The notes under the pieces are model-generated. The model ran no database searches, was not told the origin of the DNA, and was given only the letters and a program-made list of their open reading frames with translations. A DNA stretch of 64,000 nucleotides, taken from positions 172,050,001-172,114,000 of the forward strand of contig OZ024743.1 in assembly GCA_964016885.1 (NCBI GenBank). Direction: 5' to 3'. Of the stretch, positions 59,528 to 64,000 are shown in pieces. A program made the translations under genes and the position numbers. Source of the DNA: Eledone cirrhosa. Taxonomy: Eukaryota. How positions within the stretch are numbered: position 1 is the first letter of the stretch; each line of letters begins with the position of its first letter.

Positions 59528-60338
59528 AATGTAGCCCCATTTTTACTTGTAGCTAATAAGTTAAATTGCTATGAATAACTCGATAATTATAAATTACCCC
59601 CCCCCCCCTACATTGTCTCTCAACTAAAAAAAATTTAAAAATTAGCACTTAACTATAAACACCTACAATTTCTAATCTCTCGAGAAGTTATTTCCCCTGA
59701 AACCACCCTCTAATTAGTAAGGTAAATATGCCCTTTGGCAGCCATCTTGTTACCCATAGGCAGATCTCACACAATGCAGCCTCGACAGATGAATACTGCT
59801 TGATTATGGCTGACAACTGATGCAACCAAGACACTATAGTAAAAACCAATATATGGAACATTATATTATGTAACATTATCTCATTATTTTAATTTATATT
59901 CCTTTGAAGTTCCGATGAGCCGCTCTGTCTTTTAAATATGTTAATTATTTTCAACTGAACCAGATCAATTATGATATATAGTCATCTGATCCAGAAATAT
60001 TATATGGAGTAGCTAAACAATTGTAAACGGACATTATTATTATTAATATTATTATTATTATTCTCTACATTCCTTACATCAAACTAAAATGTTGACAATC
60101 TTTTAATAATGTCTTTCTTGTGAAATTTGTGGTCTTGTTTTGTTTAACTAATGAATATTTCCAGCTCTGCGGACCTAACTTCTGCATGAACCCAGCCACC
60201 TAGCTGCTTTCTACTGCATATTGCACATTGAACATATGCCTTTACGCTTTGGCTTCTAACTAATTCACCAATCTCTCCACTCATATCTCCTCTCCTATCT
60301 CTATCTCTCTCTTTAAGATTGGTTACTCTTGAACTGTG

Positions 60339-61038
<700 letters not shown>

Positions 61039-61181
61039 GGTCGTTCTGACTGCTGCTTTTTATAGTGGTAGTTGACTGACCTCCCTGCCTCTGCTTCTAT
61101 CTTTACACACGGCACTGGACAGAATTGCTTCCACATCATTCATTCTCATCTCGGGAATTTTATATTCTCCGAGTGAAAAGA

Positions 61182-61268
61182 AGCTTCTGACGAGAGTTTA
61201 TCTTTTCAATAGAAGGCCGCAAGGACTGTCCATTTATTTTTGAGACTCGAAACCGATTCGGTAAAGGT
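61182..61268 (+). ncRNA. Canonical-core type I hammerhead ribozyme
   Basis: CUU-CUGACGA-GAGUUU...AGACUC-GAAAC-CG auu CG-GUA-AAG; all three stems can form in cis. Confidence 0.75.
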
Positions 61269-61485
61269 AACTATAGTGAGTACAGTGAATTTTTTAAAAT
61301 TTATTTCGGAACTTTTTCTTATTTGCTAAACCTTGATTATATATGTTCTGGCTCGTTAATTTATTAACCTGCCATTGAACCACATTGGCATATAGTTGGA
61401 CAATACATGTGTCCCTAGACGCTTTTTGCGTGTAGGGATATATACTTTATATATACGGGATTTGAACTGAGACTGTAAAGAGACG

Positions 61486-61552
<67 letters not shown>

Positions 61553-61620
61553 GAATACTGTTAGCTTCTCGCTACAACAATTTATATACTTTTCAATTAT
61601 ATATATATATATATATATAT

Positions 61621-61844
61621 ACGTTATTCCGGGTTGAATCGGAGGTAACCACAGTAAGTAAGGTACTCAATACATTGCAGAGTATAAAAGTTTTAATATA
61701 GATGAGATTCTATAGGACTAGAACTGCTTCATTCTTTAGAAATCATCAGGAATCTGGGTATCAAAAAATACCATAATTATTTTTTGATGATTTCTAAAGA
61801 ATGAAACAGTTCTAGTCCTGTAGAATCTCATCTATATTAAAACT
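61621..61844. mobile_element. Second copy of the double-HHR hairpin element
   Basis: Same termini as 33148-33354 but a different central spacer. Confidence 0.75.
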
Positions 61845-61869
61845 ATATATATATATGTATATATATATA

Positions 61870-62005
61870 TAGTTACGTCCCTTTACAGTCTGAGTTCAAA
61901 TCCCGCCGAGGTTAACTTTGCCTTTCATCTTTACGGGGTCGATAAAATAAAGTACCAGTAATGTACTAGGTTATTGCTGGCCTTGTGCCAAAAGTAGAAA
62001 CAATT
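61870..62005 (+). mobile_element. tRNA-derived SINE (5'-truncated); small inverted fragment at 61457-61491
   Basis: B box GAGTTCAAATCC plus the shared body. Confidence 0.85.
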
Positions 62006-62061
62006 ATTATTTCTGGCAATATTATAACAATATGACCCTCCCCAAATATAGCAATTTATAT

Positions 62062-63892
62062 ATGCGCTCGCGTAGTCCACAGCTCGACCAGCCTCACCAC
62101 ACGCCCTCATGCCCCCCGCCCATCGTCTCCACTTCTCCGCTCACCTACGACCCCTCCACTGAACCATCCTCCGTCTCTTCTGACGCATCCAGTCCGACCC
62201 GATCAACTTCACCCTATTCCCATCCCCACCTTCAAACCTGCGCGTAACCTTCCGTAAACTCTTTGTCTGCAGCTACAGACGCCCCCCACCCGGCTTGAAC
62301 TCCCCACCCACTTCCTTTAGCATTCAACCGTTCCCCTCCCCCTCCCCTGCATCCCCCTACTAACACCACTAAAACATTCCCATGATTAATAGTCCCCTCC
62401 ACTTCCAGCCACCCTCACCCCCTTGGTTCACCCCACCACTAATAATGCTAACAACCTCCACCCCTCCCCCATCACACACGCACCCACACCCTGAACCCGC
62501 ATACACACCAGTATATATATACACTCACTCACTATTCATACACCCTACTTCCACCACTAACCCCCACCATCACATCCACATTCGACCACCCCACCACTAA
62601 TAATTCTAACCCCCCCCCCCCCCCCCACAACAACCTTCCCCTCACAACGCACACACACCAGCATGTATACACTCACCCACATCTACGTACACATCGATAC
62701 ACCACACCCGCACTGCCGCCACTAACCCCACCACATACCCGTATTTGACTCCCACCTCTAATAATACTAACATCCACCCCACCCACACAAACATGCACAC
62801 ACACACCAGTATATTGCACTCACTCATACAGTACCTAGCACCTTCTCCCTCCCCCCGTACTAGCCCCTTCCCATACACACCCTACTAACAACTCCACTAA
62901 TATACACACAACCCCCTACACACACCACCACCCTCTCCTCCAACTGTTCACACTGACCCACCTCCTCTTCCATCCACCGCATTTCTGCACACACATACAC
63001 ACATACCACACACACATACAGGCCACACCTGCCAACTACCACTCGCCTGACTGTTCCCTACCCTCTTGACTACGATCTCCTAGCCCTCTCTCGCACACTT
63101 CACCTTGCCTGCTCCACCCCCTGCCTTGACCTTCTTGACCACTTCCTGTTGCGCGCGCCCCACAACTTTCTACTTCCTCCTCACCAATTCCACGGATCCT
63201 ACACCGCTGGTCACACTCTCAGGACATCTAACAGATAGTACCCGGATGTTCACCATCTGACGACACTCTCAGCGCAAAAACATTCAGGAACGCACATACA
63301 CACACACAAACACTTACACCATTTTCGCACATATGCAACCAAACATTCCCACAAAAAGACACACAAAAAGACACATACACACACGTGCGTATCCTCACAT
63401 ACACCCATTCTGCCTCCGGAATCCGTACGCTACCACTTCCACACCCATTTCGACACCTCTCCATCCACACACACGCGCACACAGACTTACACCCCATCCC
63501 ATGTACACACTTGTTTTCCTAATACTCGAGCATGGGACTCCGTTCTCTCCCAATCTCTCACACTCACATCCACGCATACACACACACACATACACACACA
63601 CCACCTTCCACCCCCTTACCACCACCTCTACACGCCTCACACCCTTTCACCACTTGTTTTCATTTAAAATTTTTCCTTCATTTTAATTTTTCTCCTTTTA
63701 TTTTAATGTCTTTCCACCACTCCCCCCTCACACCCTCTCGTAACTCTCTTTTCCTTCCCACCTTTCTCCCGATGAAGGGCTTATGCCCGAAACGTCGTCC
63801 CCCATCCTCCACTCTCAAGCTTGTACCTGATGCCAACACTGTTCGTAACTGCACTCCTTCTTATTGTTTTTGTTTTTTACCGTTCCTATATA
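62062..63892 (+). mobile_element. C/A-skewed low-complexity element ending in an HHR-bearing 3' region; probable non-autonomous or decayed PLE derivative
   Basis: Strong C+A strand bias, CCGATGA-A-GGGC ttat GCCC-GAAAC-GTC at 63769-63796, short TA runs at both ends. Confidence 0.5.
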
Positions 63893-64000
63893 TATGAGTT
63901 GGTAGATCTACCAACTCATAATATTACAAAATTAAATCAAATTGTTTAGAACTTACAAGTGAAGTCATTCTTTGCCTTTTTTTTCAAATATACCTAACTG

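Larger units (their letters stand above)
53790..60337 (+). mobile_element. Penelope-like element (Hydra-clade-like): inverted 3' arm + partial tandem + full-length degenerate ORF
   Basis: 53790-56005 is an inverted copy of about 58132-60153. Direct repeat 56006-56981 / 59351-60337. Bounded by (TA)n. Confidence 0.92.

Overview
Eukaryotic, AT-rich, essentially gene-free window made almost entirely of nested transposable elements and (TA)n microsatellites. The dispersed tRNA-derived SINE resembles octopus/cephalopod SINEs, but the organism call is inference. Penelope-like retroelements (PLEs; RT + C-terminal GIY-YIG endonuclease) dominate: at least six coding families, four of them as large fold-back or partial-tandem insertions bounded by (TA)n. 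Also present are a Tx1/L1-like LINE, a near-intact R4/Dong-like RLE LINE with stacked partial copies, RTE and CRE LINE fragments, a Chapaev3-like DNA transposon with intact termini, and about 9 SINE copies. The main unannotated signal is about 30 hammerhead-ribozyme (HHR) core motifs from about a dozen unrelated sequence families, all read by eye. Many lie in short non-coding elements inserted in (TA)n. They include a recurrent U4C core variant, a U3-A8 covariant and long-stem-II forms. No host protein-coding gene could be supported.
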